A stretch of DNA of 64,000 nucleotides from an uncultured Nitrospiraceae bacterium (lineage in GTDB: Bacteria; Nitrospirota; Nitrospiria; Nitrospirales; Nitrospiraceae), in the NCBI GenBank assembly GCA_963730935.1, contig CAVSTP010000002.1:192001-256000 (forward strand), in the 5' to 3' direction. The first letter of the stretch is position 1, and each line of letters starts with the position of its first letter. The notes below the pieces were generated by a model. It was not told the origin of the DNA. It did not search any database and saw nothing but the letters and a program-made list of their open reading frames with translations. The position numbers and the translations under genes are program-made. Positions 63,749-64,000 of this stretch are shown one piece after another.

Positions 63749-64000
63749 ATGCACAGACTGCTAACAGTGATGGTCGCGGTTGCCGGAATGAGTCTTCTGG
63801 CCATGCTGGCAGAGCAGGCGTGGAGACCATCTGTGGCGCAGGCGGAAACTTACGTGGCTGGGAAATTCGGGGTCACCTTTCCTCAGAGCTTGAGCGGTGG
63901 CGTCACGACGCAGGAAGGCATCGCTGGACTTGATATGTCCGATCAGGCGCTCAAGAGTTCGGTCAACGTGGGGGCAAAGCTGGGACACTATTTTTCGCGT
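63749..64000 (+). CDS. Outer-membrane beta-barrel protein (5' part only; runs off the window)
   Basis: GAGG RBS; signal peptide ending AQA; amphipathic strands ETYVAGKFGVTFP and VNVGAKLGHYF; open to the window end. Confidence 0.7.
   Translation, partial: MHRLLTVMVAVAGMSLLAMLAEQAWRPSVAQAETYVAGKFGVTFPQSLSGGVTTQEGIAGLDMSDQALKSSVNVGAKLGHYFSR

Noticed and set aside
1..64000. CRISPR arrays, rRNA/tRNA genes, transposases, integrases, prophage genes
   Set aside because: No regularly spaced direct repeats, RNA gene signatures or recombinase/phage motifs were seen by eye.

Overview
A roughly 60% GC bacterial chromosome segment. Gene content, protein style and its palindromic repeat family point to Nitrospira (phylum Nitrospirota); this assignment is an inference. 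Most of the window is housekeeping: secA; a MidA/NDUFAF7-type methyltransferase directly upstream of a complete complex I operon (nuoA-B-CD-E-F-G-H-I-J-K-L-M-N, single nuoM); dapF; uvrC; uvrA; a ubiE/menG-type methyltransferase; lolA, ftsK, rsmA, pdxA; larB, larC; gpsA. I found no rRNA, tRNA, CRISPR array, transposase or prophage. The most notable items are: (1) a ~560-nt non-coding fold-back element between secA and the nuo promoter, with long nested inverted repeats; (2) an operon of a USP-USP/rubredoxin protein, a radical SAM/SPASM enzyme and a CopD-like membrane protein, in which the first two share four copies of a BchB C-terminal-like (PCP_red) domain; (3) a ubiE gene coupled to a B12 radical SAM gene that resembles cyanobacterial Slr0320, a candidate quinone-methylation pair; (4) a His/Cys-rich secreted leader ending in RGPP upstream of tonB, a candidate metal-sensing arrest peptide; (5) DapF with both catalytic Cys replaced by Ser; (6) an operon of a lipoprotein and two patatin/cPLA2-like enzymes; (7) three sigma54 promoters, several probable leaderless genes, MITE-like repeats, a 30-aa membrane microprotein missed by the ORF track, and two single-base gene lesions. 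All family assignments come from motif recognition by eye, not from database searches.
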